Origin: Candidatus Onthoplasma sp.
GTDB lineage: Bacteria > Bacillota > Clostridia > Christensenellales > UBA1242
Direction of reading: 5' to 3'
Assembly: GCA_045633705.1 (NCBI GenBank)
Contig: JAZQYV010000012.1
Coordinates: forward strand, 82,057-146,056
DNA length: 64,000 bases
Part shown: positions 10,019-18,781 of the stretch, piece by piece
Numbering within the stretch: the first letter of the stretch is position 1
How the letters are laid out: each line of letters opens with the position of its first letter
Notes under the pieces: model-generated
What the model was told of the DNA's origin: nothing
What the model saw: only the letters and a program-made list of their open reading frames with translations
The model's database searches: none
Program-made: the position numbers and the translations under genes

Positions 10019-10828
10019 ATGAAAGAATATATTAGTATTGGTAAAAATGTAGATGTAGCAATTGAAGATGGGTTAAGAACCATTGGGTTAACTCGTGAAG
10101 ATGTTGATATTAAGATTTTGGAAACAGGCGGTTTGTTCAAAAAAGCTAAAGTGTGCTTAATGTATGAAGAAAAACCACAAATCGAAGAGGTTAAGGTTGA
10201 AGTTGTAGAAGTTGAAGAAAAGGAGACTGAACAAGCACAACCTGAACAAGAATTGATAGAACAAGTTGAAGAAACTGAAGTTGAAACTGTTGAAAGCAGC
10301 CCTGTTGAGGTTGTCGAAGAAAAAGTTGAAGCTCAACCTGAAGTTGAAAAAATTGTAAAGGAAGTAAAAATTGTTAGTCCAGATGAATTAAAGGCAAGAG
10401 TTGAAGAGTTTTTAATAGAGCTTGCTAAAAATATGAAGATTGATATTGAAATTGAATATCAAATTAATGAAAACGACCTAAGTTTTAACATTAAAGGTCA
10501 AAATGTTGGAAAACTTATTGGATACCGTGGCGAAACACTTAATGCTATACAAACTTTGCTTGGAGGATTAAAGCGTGCAGGTGAAGGAAGATATAGAGTT
10601 TACCTTGATGTTGAAAATTATAAGAAGGCTCGTGAACAAACTTTGGTTGATTTAGCAAATAAAATGGCTGACAAAGCTGAAGAAATTGAACGTAACGTGC
10701 ATTTGGACCCAATGAGCGCGTACGAACGTCGTATAGTACATTCAGCACTTCAAGACAGAACTTTGGTAGAAACAGAAAGTATGGGCGAAGGCGAAAAACG
10801 TCACGTTGTAATTAAATTTAAAAGATAA
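10019..10828 (+). CDS. jag: Jag/KhpB RNA-binding protein (Jag_N, KH, R3H) with a long acidic E/V-rich linker
   Basis: 269 aa; KH region (GKLIGYRGETLNAIQ) and R3H (YERRIVHSALQD). Sits downstream of yidC. Confidence 0.88.
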   Translation: MKEYISIGKNVDVAIEDGLRTIGLTREDVDIKILETGGLFKKAKVCLMYEEKPQIEEVKVEVVEVEEKETEQAQPEQELIEQVEETEVETVESSPVEVVEEKVEAQPEVEKIVKEVKIVSPDELKARVEEFLIELAKNMKIDIEIEYQINENDLSFNIKGQNVGKLIGYRGETLNAIQTLLGGLKRAGEGRYRVYLDVENYKKAREQTLVDLANKMADKAEEIERNVHLDPMSAYERRIVHSALQDRTLVETESMGEGEKRHVVIKFKR

Positions 10829-10831
10829 AAG

Positions 10832-10860
10832 TTAAGGCGAAAGCCTTAATTTTTGTTTTT
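10832..10860 (+). terminator. intrinsic terminator after jag
   Basis: TTAAGGC-GAAA-GCCTTAA hairpin followed by a T-run. Confidence 0.8.
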
Positions 10861-10973
10861 AATATTAGGTTATACACATCTTATGCACTATTTTGTTGAA
10901 ATTTAAGGATATATTTTATTTATACTACTAGTAAATTGGTTTGATTTGTGATATACTTATAAACGAGGTTTAT

Positions 10974-12284
10974 ATGTTAGAAGATACAATTGTGGCACTT
11001 GCTACTCCGCCTGGTAAAGCGGGTGTTGCTATAGTTAGAATAAGTGGAGATAAATCACATCAAATACTAAAGAGTATAACAAAGTGTGATAGTGATTTTT
11101 TGCCACGATATATGTATTTGAAAGATATATATTTAGATGATATTGTTGATAATGCGCTAGTTGTATATTTTAAAGCGCCAAACTCTTATACGGGTGAAGA
11201 CATTGCTGAAATTCAATGTCATGGGGGATATTTTATTGCCCAACAAGTTATTTCAGTTTGCCAAAAATTAGGCGCACGTATGGCTGAGCCAGGTGAATAT
11301 TCTAAACGTGCATTTTTGAATGGAAAGTTAAGTGTTGACCAAGCTGAAGGGATTATTGATATTATAAATTCGGAAAGTGAAGCCCAAGCCAAAGCTGGAA
11401 GTGCACTGGCGCAAGGTAAATTATTGCAAATTATATCAGATTTACAAACACAACTTACTGATATTTTAGCCGAAATTGAAGCCAAATTGGATTATCCAGA
11501 GTATGAATATACCGATATTGAAAATGAACAAGTGTTGACCAGATTAAAACAAATTGAAGACGAGTTAAATACTTTGCTTGCTACAAAGATTAGTGGAATG
11601 AAGATAAAAAATGGAGTTAAAGTGGCAATTGTTGGTGCCCCTAATGCGGGTAAATCAAGTTTGCTTAATTCATTAACTAATAGCGATAAATCCATTGTAA
11701 CCGATATTGCTGGTACTACACGTGATATTGTTGAGGCTGAATATGTTTATAATGGTATTGTGTTTAGGTTGTTTGATACCGCAGGAATACGTGAAAGTAA
11801 TGATATTGTTGAACAAATTGGTATTGACCGCGCTAAACAAAGTATTCAAGACGCAGATTTGGTATTAAAACTAATAGATATATCAAATCCTCAAAATATT
11901 GAAATGGAAGATAAGCCAACAATAATTGTGTATAACAAAATTGACTTATCCACAACAAAAGAACAAAATGAGGATAATGTAATTTATATTAGTGCTAAAG
12001 ATGGTACAAATGTTGAATCGCTAAAGCAAATGGTTTTTGATAAAACAATTGCACAAGGGTACAACACATCACAATTTTATTTGTCAAACACGCGCCATAT
12101 TGAATGCATCAACAACGCAAAAGAGGCGCTAAATAGCGCTATTAACACTTTTACAAGCACAAGCCTTGACTTTGTTGTGGCCGATATTCATATGTGCTGG
12201 CAATATTTGGGCGAAGTTAGTGGTGTTAGTTCAAATGAAAAAATAATTGACAGAATTTTTGAAAAGTTCTGTTTAGGGAAATAA
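10974..12284 (+). CDS. mnmE: tRNA modification GTPase MnmE
   Basis: G-domain GAPNAGKSSLLN, DTAGIR, NKIDL. C-terminal FCLGK. I prefer the ATG at 10974 (MLEDTIVALATPPG) over the TTG at 10941. Confidence 0.95.
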   Translation: MLEDTIVALATPPGKAGVAIVRISGDKSHQILKSITKCDSDFLPRYMYLKDIYLDDIVDNALVVYFKAPNSYTGEDIAEIQCHGGYFIAQQVISVCQKLGARMAEPGEYSKRAFLNGKLSVDQAEGIIDIINSESEAQAKAGSALAQGKLLQIISDLQTQLTDILAEIEAKLDYPEYEYTDIENEQVLTRLKQIEDELNTLLATKISGMKIKNGVKVAIVGAPNAGKSSLLNSLTNSDKSIVTDIAGTTRDIVEAEYVYNGIVFRLFDTAGIRESNDIVEQIGIDRAKQSIQDADLVLKLIDISNPQNIEMEDKPTIIVYNKIDLSTTKEQNEDNVIYISAKDGTNVESLKQMVFDKTIAQGYNTSQFYLSNTRHIECINNAKEALNSAINTFTSTSLDFVVADIHMCWQYLGEVSGVSSNEKIIDRIFEKFCLGK

Positions 12285-12285
12285 T

Positions 12286-14151
12286 ATGAAATATGTTGAT
12301 AATTATGATGCAATAGTTATTGGAAGTGGACATGCAGGTTGTGAAGCGTGTCTTGCTCTTTCGCGTCTAAACTGCAAAACCTTACTTGTAACCCTTAATC
12401 TTGACAGCATTGGATTTTTGGCATGCAATCCATCAATAGGAGGAACGGCAAAAGGTCAATTAGCGGGTGAAATTGATGCACTAGGCGGTGAAATGGCAAT
12501 AAATGCCGATAAGTCATTGTTGCAACTACGTATGCTTAACAGTGGTAAAGGCCCTGCTGTGCAAAGCTTACGTGCTCAAGTAGATAAAGTGGTTTACCAT
12601 ACTGAAATGAAGCGAACATTGGAACGCCAAGCAAATTTAGATGTGTTACAAGCCGAAGTTAGTGATATTATAGTTAAAGATGGCAAGGTTGTTGGAGTTA
12701 CAACATTGGCTGGCGAAAGCTTTGGCGCCAAGGCGGTAATTGTTTGTACGGGCGTATATTTAAATTCGAAGATTATAATAGGCGATTATTGTAAGTTTAC
12801 GGGCCCAAACGGCTTTGAACCGGCAAATCATCTAACCAAAAGCTTAATGCGTCTAGGATTTGATATTTTGCGCTTTAAAACAGGAACGCCAGCAAGAGTT
12901 GACGGCAAAAGTATTGACTATACACAATTTGAGGTTCAAAATGGAGATGAATTAGGCCATAACTTTTCAATTTTAAACAAAAGCAACACTAAAAACAAAC
13001 AAATATGTTATTTAGGATACACTAGCGAAAAAATGCACGAAGTAATACGTAACAACATTTCTCGTGCTCCATTATATTCCGGCAAGGTAAAAGGAATTGG
13101 GCCTAGATACTGCCCTTCAATTGAAGATAAGGTTATGAGATTTGCGGATAAAGAACGTCATCAATTGTTTTTAGAGCCTGAAAGTGCCTCCACCGATGAA
13201 ATTTATGTTCAAGGCATTAGCAGTTCAATGCCTGTAGATGTTCAGCGTGAAATGTATAAATGTATACCTGGCTTTGAAAATGTTAAGATAATGAGATTTG
13301 CCTATGCTATTGAATATGATTGTATTGATGCAACGCAGCTAAAACCAACATTGGAAAGTAAAAAGATAGATGGATTGTATTTTGCTGGCCAAATTAATGG
13401 AACTAGCGGATATGAAGAAGCTGGAGCACAAGGCCTTATGGCTGGCATAAATGCTTCACGAGCAATAAAAGGGCTATCCCCTATCGTTTTGGGCCGAAAT
13501 CAGGCATATATAGGCGTGTTAATTGATGACCTAGTAACCAAAAATATAGTAGAACCATACCGTATGATGACCAGCCGTGCCGAATATCGTTTGATTTTAC
13601 GTCAAGATAACTGTGACATACGTTTAACACAACTAGGGCGAGATATTGGCCTTGTAGATGACAAAAGATATCGCCAGTTCAAGAAAAAATTAAAACAAAT
13701 TAAAGATTTGGAAGTTGTTTTGGATAAAAGATATTCGCCAAAAGAAATAAATGAGTTTTTAAGGACTCACAGTGAAAGTGAAGTTGCAAATGGAATAACT
13801 GTGCGTGAGATAGTTAAAAGAAATAATATCAATATCTTTGATTTAAAACAAGAATTAAATTTATTTGAAGGTATTGCTGATGAGGTGTTAAGTTATGTTA
13901 ATACCGAAATTAAATATGAAGGATACATTAAACGTGAAAATGACAATATAGAGAAAGCTCAAAAGCTTGAAACTATTCAATTGCCAGATGACTTAGATTA
14001 TTCTCAGTTAAACGGATTAAGATTAGAAGCAAGGCAAAAGCTTAACACTATAAAACCATTAACCCTAGGTCAAGCTAAACGTATTGACGGTGTATCCCCT
14101 GCTGACATTAATGTAATTATGATATATTTAAAAATGAAAGGAGTTTTGTAA
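12286..14151 (+). CDS. mnmG: tRNA uridine 5-carboxymethylaminomethyl modification enzyme MnmG
   Basis: 621 aa; FAD-binding VIGSGHAGCEA, canonical GidA sequence throughout. Confidence 0.97.
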   Translation: MKYVDNYDAIVIGSGHAGCEACLALSRLNCKTLLVTLNLDSIGFLACNPSIGGTAKGQLAGEIDALGGEMAINADKSLLQLRMLNSGKGPAVQSLRAQVDKVVYHTEMKRTLERQANLDVLQAEVSDIIVKDGKVVGVTTLAGESFGAKAVIVCTGVYLNSKIIIGDYCKFTGPNGFEPANHLTKSLMRLGFDILRFKTGTPARVDGKSIDYTQFEVQNGDELGHNFSILNKSNTKNKQICYLGYTSEKMHEVIRNNISRAPLYSGKVKGIGPRYCPSIEDKVMRFADKERHQLFLEPESASTDEIYVQGISSSMPVDVQREMYKCIPGFENVKIMRFAYAIEYDCIDATQLKPTLESKKIDGLYFAGQINGTSGYEEAGAQGLMAGINASRAIKGLSPIVLGRNQAYIGVLIDDLVTKNIVEPYRMMTSRAEYRLILRQDNCDIRLTQLGRDIGLVDDKRYRQFKKKLKQIKDLEVVLDKRYSPKEINEFLRTHSESEVANGITVREIVKRNNINIFDLKQELNLFEGIADEVLSYVNTEIKYEGYIKRENDNIEKAQKLETIQLPDDLDYSQLNGLRLEARQKLNTIKPLTLGQAKRIDGVSPADINVIMIYLKMKGVL

Positions 14152-14152
14152 T

Positions 14153-14851
14153 ATGTCAGAGTTTAAAGAGATGTTTTCAATTTTAAATGTAGAGAATTTA
14201 GATAATGTTATTAAAAAGTTTGAAATATATTATAATGAACTGATTGATTATAATCAAAAGGTTAACTTAACCGCAATAACCGAAAAAGAAGAAGTGTATA
14301 CCAAACATTTTTATGATAGCGGATTAGCAATAAATTACATTCCATTAAATGCAAGTGTTGTAGATGTTGGAACGGGAGCAGGATTCCCAGGAGTTCCAAT
14401 AAAAATCTTAAGACCAGATATAAATTTAAGTTTAGTAGACTCATTAAACAAGAGAATAATATTTTTAGAGTATTTAAAAGATAAATTATCCATAAACTAT
14501 AACACATATCATTCTAGGGCTGAAGATTTTTGTTCTAATATCAAGTATCGTGAGCAATTCGATATATGTGTATCACGTGCTGTTGCAAAACTAAATACAT
14601 TGGCCGAGTATTGTTTACCTCTTGTTAAAGTTGGTGGTAGTTTTATAGCTTATAAGTCTGGAGATATTGAACAGGAAGTTGAGGAAAGCACAAATGCAAT
14701 AAAATTATTAGGTGGAGAAATAATTGAAATTAAAAAATTTAATTTACCTAACAATACTGGTGGCAGAAGTTTGGTTATTATAAAAAAAATAAAAAACACA
14801 AACAAAAAATATCCAAGAAATAAAAATCTGCCAAAACTTAAGCCGTTATAA
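14153..14851 (+). CDS. rsmG: 16S rRNA (guanine527-N7)-methyltransferase RsmG
   Basis: 232 aa; SAM motif DVGTGAGFPG; follows mnmG. Confidence 0.93.
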   Translation: MSEFKEMFSILNVENLDNVIKKFEIYYNELIDYNQKVNLTAITEKEEVYTKHFYDSGLAINYIPLNASVVDVGTGAGFPGVPIKILRPDINLSLVDSLNKRIIFLEYLKDKLSINYNTYHSRAEDFCSNIKYREQFDICVSRAVAKLNTLAEYCLPLVKVGGSFIAYKSGDIEQEVEESTNAIKLLGGEIIEIKKFNLPNNTGGRSLVIIKKIKNTNKKYPRNKNLPKLKPL

Positions 14852-14862
14852 ATAAAATAATT

Positions 14863-14898
14863 AATATTTAATAAAGTTAAATTTATTAAATATTTTTT
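14863..14898 (+). terminator. possible terminator after rsmG (all-A/T 13-bp stem)
   Basis: AATATTTAATAAA / TTTATTAAATATT followed by a T-run. The stem has no G-C pairs, so it is weak. Confidence 0.4.
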
Positions 14899-14976
14899 AT
14901 TTATTTTCTATTTTATTTATTATGCGTATATCAGATATGTAGATTTAAAAAAGTTTAAAAACATACTCAAAACAGA

Positions 14977-15004
14977 TTACAAACTTTTAAATTTATGCTA
15001 TAAT
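14977..15004 (+). promoter_or_regulatory. promoter candidate for parAB (extended -10)
   Basis: TTACAA 14977-14982, 16-bp spacer, TGcTATAAT ending at 15004. Confidence 0.55.
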
Positions 15005-15020
15005 CTAATTAGAGGTGAAT

Positions 15021-15791
15021 ATGGGCAAAATTATATCAATTACTAATCAAAAAGGTGGAGTTGGTAAAACAACTACCTGTGTCAACCTTGCAGCTTTCGT
15101 TGCTAAAGCCGGGAACAGAGTTCTAATTATTGATATGGACCCTCAAGGCAATGCTTCCAGTGCTGTTGGAGTTGAACCTACTAAAGAAGATAATACAATA
15201 TACGAGGTTTTAATTGGCGAATGTTCTACCAAAGAGGCAATTTATCCTAGCGTTATGCAAGGGTTAGATGTATTGCCAAGTACTGTAGACTTATCTGGAG
15301 CTGAAGTAGAACTTGTTCATTTAAATAATAGAGAAAATATACTAAAAGAAGCTCTAATACAGGCAAAGCGTGAGTATGATTATATATTTATTGATTGTCC
15401 TCCATCGCTTAGTTTGCTTACAGTTAACGCATTAACTGCAACAGATAGCATTATTATACCTATCCAATGCGAATATTTTGCATTAGTTGGTTTAGGTCAA
15501 CTAATGAACACTGTAAAGCTAATTAAAAAGCACTTAAATCCAACAATTGAAATCGAGGGTGTTTTACTTACAATGAAAGATGCAAGGTCAAATCTTGTAA
15601 ACCAAGTGGCTGAAGAAATTCAAAGATATTTTAAGGAAAAGGTATATAGTACATTTATTCCAAGAAATATTCGTTTAGCAGAATCGCCTAGTCATGGACA
15701 ACCTATTGCCATGTACGATGCCAAGAGCAAGGGCGCAATAGCATATCAAAATCTAGCAAATGAATTTTTGGCTAGTAACAAAAGAGTTTAA
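15021..15791 (+). CDS. parA: chromosome partitioning ATPase ParA/Soj
   Basis: Deviant Walker A NQKGGVGKTTT. I prefer the ATG at 15021 (SD AGAGG 15011-15015) over the GTG at 15015. Confidence 0.93.
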   Translation: MGKIISITNQKGGVGKTTTCVNLAAFVAKAGNRVLIIDMDPQGNASSAVGVEPTKEDNTIYEVLIGECSTKEAIYPSVMQGLDVLPSTVDLSGAEVELVHLNNRENILKEALIQAKREYDYIFIDCPPSLSLLTVNALTATDSIIIPIQCEYFALVGLGQLMNTVKLIKKHLNPTIEIEGVLLTMKDARSNLVNQVAEEIQRYFKEKVYSTFIPRNIRLAESPSHGQPIAMYDAKSKGAIAYQNLANEFLASNKRV

Positions 15792-15802
15792 AGGGGGTAT
15801 AT

Positions 15803-16714
15803 ATGAGAAGAGGTTTAGGTAAAGGGTTAGAAGAGCTATTAGCTATTTACGACAGAGAAGAAACAACAACCAATCCAGTTAAACAAGCAGAAACAGTTAA
15901 AAGTTTGGAAGAAAGAACTGCTTATTCCCCTGCAACAAAAGGAAATGTTAGTAAAATTAGTATTTCTGAAATATATCCAAACCCAAATCAGCCAAGAAAA
16001 ACATTTGATCAAGAAAGTTTGGAAGAACTAGCAGAATCTATACGAGTTCATGGACTTATCCAACCTATTATTGTGAATAAGATGGACGATGGTTATCTTA
16101 TTATTGCCGGTGAGCGCCGTTACAGAGCATGCAAACTAGCAGGCCTTACTGAGATAGACGCTATAGTAAAAAATTATACTGAAAGACAAATTGCAGAAAT
16201 TAGTATTATTGAAAATTTACAACGTGAAGACCTTAATCCTATTGAAATTGCTAAAAGCTTACAAAAACTTATGCAAGAATATAATATAACACAAGAACAG
16301 GTAGCAGCAAGAATTGGCAAAAATCGTTCAAGCATAGCAAATTATGTTAGATTACTTAGTTTATATCCCGAAGTTATTGATATGGTTGAAAAAGGAAAGG
16401 TTTCTCATGGGCATGCAAAATGTTTAGTGGCCGTAACCGATTATCCCACTCAATTAATGTTGGCCAAAAAGGTGGCTCAAAACAAGCTAACTGTAAGAGC
16501 TTTAGAAAAAGAAATAGATATTATTTTAGGTAAGGGAAAATCCAAAAAAGCTACACATTTACCATCTGATGAATTGTTAGCCTTTATAAGCGACTTACAA
16601 AGAAGATTGGGAACCAAAGTAACACTATTAGGAAATGATAAAAAAGGCAGAATATATATAGATTATTATTCGCAAGATGATCTAGATAGGATTTATGATA
16701 TAATATTAAAATAA
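15803..16714 (+). CDS. parB: chromosome partitioning protein ParB/Spo0J
   Basis: 303 aa; ParB box GERRYRA and HTH region; follows parA. Confidence 0.93.
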   Translation: MRRGLGKGLEELLAIYDREETTTNPVKQAETVKSLEERTAYSPATKGNVSKISISEIYPNPNQPRKTFDQESLEELAESIRVHGLIQPIIVNKMDDGYLIIAGERRYRACKLAGLTEIDAIVKNYTERQIAEISIIENLQREDLNPIEIAKSLQKLMQEYNITQEQVAARIGKNRSSIANYVRLLSLYPEVIDMVEKGKVSHGHAKCLVAVTDYPTQLMLAKKVAQNKLTVRALEKEIDIILGKGKSKKATHLPSDELLAFISDLQRRLGTKVTLLGNDKKGRIYIDYYSQDDLDRIYDIILK

Positions 16715-16743
16715 TTCAAATAATTTAAAAATAAATAAAAAAT

Positions 16744-16783
16744 AAATAGAAATATTAATAAAAAACAATATTTCTATTTTTTT
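16744..16783 (+). terminator. intrinsic terminator after parB
   Basis: AAATAGAAATATT (16744-16756) / AATATTTCTATTT (16767-16779) followed by a T-run. Confidence 0.65.
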
Positions 16784-16815
16784 ATACTCAAATTTAAACA
16801 TTTTAATATAAATAA

Positions 16816-16948
16816 TGTTTCACCCATGTGTTCCACACACAAAAATAATTAAATGTTCCATATAGAACATGTTTTTATATTTATTAAAGTTCTACGTGGA
16901 ACACTTTTAAAAGTAGTAGAATGTTATATGATGGTTCCATGTGGAACT
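16816..16948. promoter_or_regulatory. cluster of parS-like sites (three 16-mers plus two half-sites)
   Basis: TGTTCCATATAGAACA 16854-16869; AGTTCTACGTGGAACA 16888-16903; GGTTCCATGTGGAACT 16933-16948. Half-sites TGTTTCAC 16816-16823 and TGTTCCAC 16829-16836. Compared with the Firmicute parS consensus TGTTNCACGTGAAACA. Confidence 0.7.
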
Positions 16949-17123
16949 TTACACATTAATTACAAATTTATTTACAGATAATTTAAATATAAAACCAACA
17001 ATCTTAAGATATTTTAAAATCGAACCAGTTTTGCTGTTTGGCTGGTATTAATTGACGCAATGTTGGCTCTTGTGGTGGCGCGCTCAATAATGGGCGCAGA
17101 GAAAATAAAAATAACAAATTATG

Positions 17124-17153
17124 TTGACTTTGTGGTGTTGAATCGGGTATAAT
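17124..17153 (+). promoter_or_regulatory. sigma-A-type promoter whose -10 ends 6 nt before the ATG at 17160
   Basis: TTGACT 17124-17129, 18-bp spacer, TATAAT 17148-17153. Confidence 0.55.
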
Positions 17154-17159
17154 AATTAT

Positions 17160-18680
17160 ATGAAAAAGGTATTTAGAATTGGTTTTATATATATAGGAGT
17201 GTTATTGTTGGCGTTTTTGGCAACGACAATATTTTGCGGAGCATTTTTGTTCTTTTATAGAGATGGAAATATATTTGGGATAAAATACATTAGTTCGCGT
17301 GATACAATGTATGTAAAGCAAGATAAAGATATTAGCGAGCTAAAAACAATAGATGTTTCGGCTTCGGATTTAAATGTTACGGTTGAGGTTAGTGATAATG
17401 TTGATACGTTGGTTGGCGCAATGCATATAAGGATGTTTGGATATGCTTTTGAATCGAAGGCGCATGCAAATCTAGCTATGGAATATAATGAAATTACCAA
17501 CACTGCGATATTTACAGCTAAAGAGCCTAAAGGATGGTTAAATAAAAAGGGTTCCTACATAAAGATATTTATACCTGAACAGTGGGTGGACAATTATTAC
17601 AATATAAATATAAAAACGGCTAAAGGAGATATTACTATTGGTGGAACAAAAAATATAAAAACTAACAACTTATCGTTAGAAAGCTCTAAAGGTGATATAA
17701 ATATTCTTAATTCAACAATTAATAACAATATATACATAGATTGTGGAAAAGGGCTGGCATATATCGATGATAAGTGTGTGACTAATGGTGAAATTTCTGC
17801 ACAGCTTAGTGTAAATTCTGGAAAAATAAATTTAACAAAAATAAACAGCGAGAAATTTAAATTGGGTGTTGTAGAAATTGTTAAAAATAAAAAAGGGCTA
17901 ATTGCAATATCTAAAGCGGCAAAGGTTAGTACTTTTGAAAATATTAAAGGCGGAGGAGATGTTCAAATTGGCGAAGTAGATATTATTGATTTTTCAAGTT
18001 TGGATACCGATGTTACTGTTGCTAAAATCAATAAACTTTCAAATATAAAAATAACCGGCCGTGGAGATGTGTATGTTAAAGAGGCTGTAGGTATGCTTAC
18101 TGTTGATGGGTATAATGGGAATATTAAAATTGATAAAGCTTTAAATCATTTGATTTTATATACAAATAAAGGCGGAATAGACATAAACGGGGCAAATAAA
18201 CTTGTATCTGCCGAGTCTAATTCGGGAGATATTAATATAAGTTTTGATAAAAATGCAGGAGATTTTATATTAGAGGATAATAATAACAGGGCTGTATTTA
18301 TTTTAACAAACGATGGAACAGTTAATGTTGATGGTTTGCAAAACGGTACTATAAAGGCAACAGGTTCTGGTAAAATTAATTTATTTTATAATAAGGTTGT
18401 AGAAGGCAATAGCATTAGTGCGCAGTCGGGAAGTGTGTATATAGTTGTTCCTGCGCCAAAATCAAATATTCATGACAATGACTTAAATTTAAAAGTTGTT
18501 AGTTTGGTTGGTGCTGATGTTAAGGTTGGAGTTGGTGGAAATATCGAATATGACTCAACGGCTAAAGAGCAAGACTATATTGGGATATATAATTCCGGTT
18601 TAGCTACTTCCAATACTCTCGAAATAACTTCAACAACTGGAAAGATAAAAGTAAGAAGTAGCGATTTGACGGGGTTTTAG
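17160..18680 (+). CDS. membrane-anchored beta-strand-repeat protein (DUF4097-like putative adhesin fold)
   Basis: 506 aa. N-terminal TM (IGFIYIGVLLLAFLATTIFCGAFLFF) followed by many G-D-I/V-x-I repeats (GDITIGG, GDINILN, GDVQIG, GDVYVK, GGIDING, GDINISF). Confidence 0.6.
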   Translation: MKKVFRIGFIYIGVLLLAFLATTIFCGAFLFFYRDGNIFGIKYISSRDTMYVKQDKDISELKTIDVSASDLNVTVEVSDNVDTLVGAMHIRMFGYAFESKAHANLAMEYNEITNTAIFTAKEPKGWLNKKGSYIKIFIPEQWVDNYYNINIKTAKGDITIGGTKNIKTNNLSLESSKGDINILNSTINNNIYIDCGKGLAYIDDKCVTNGEISAQLSVNSGKINLTKINSEKFKLGVVEIVKNKKGLIAISKAAKVSTFENIKGGGDVQIGEVDIIDFSSLDTDVTVAKINKLSNIKITGRGDVYVKEAVGMLTVDGYNGNIKIDKALNHLILYTNKGGIDINGANKLVSAESNSGDINISFDKNAGDFILEDNNNRAVFILTNDGTVNVDGLQNGTIKATGSGKINLFYNKVVEGNSISAQSGSVYIVVPAPKSNIHDNDLNLKVVSLVGADVKVGVGGNIEYDSTAKEQDYIGIYNSGLATSNTLEITSTTGKIKVRSSDLTGF

Positions 18681-18711
18681 GCAATAATAATTTTAAAATA
18701 ATATTAATAAT

Positions 18712-18756
18712 AAAAAATCACACAAAATACTATAAAATAGTGATGTGTGATTTTTT
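18712..18756. terminator. bidirectional terminator between convergent genes
   Basis: AAAAAATCACACA / TGTGTGATTTTTT with A-run and T-run flanks. Confidence 0.7.
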
Positions 18757-18781
18757 ATGTAATTATTTAAAAATGTTAATT

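Noticed and set aside
17058-17150. 30-codon ORF (MLALVVARSIMGAEKIKITNYVDFVVLNRV) in the G+C-rich island
   Set aside because: It has no SD, overlaps the downstream promoter and shows no recognisable features. It is reported only as part of the G+C-island observation.
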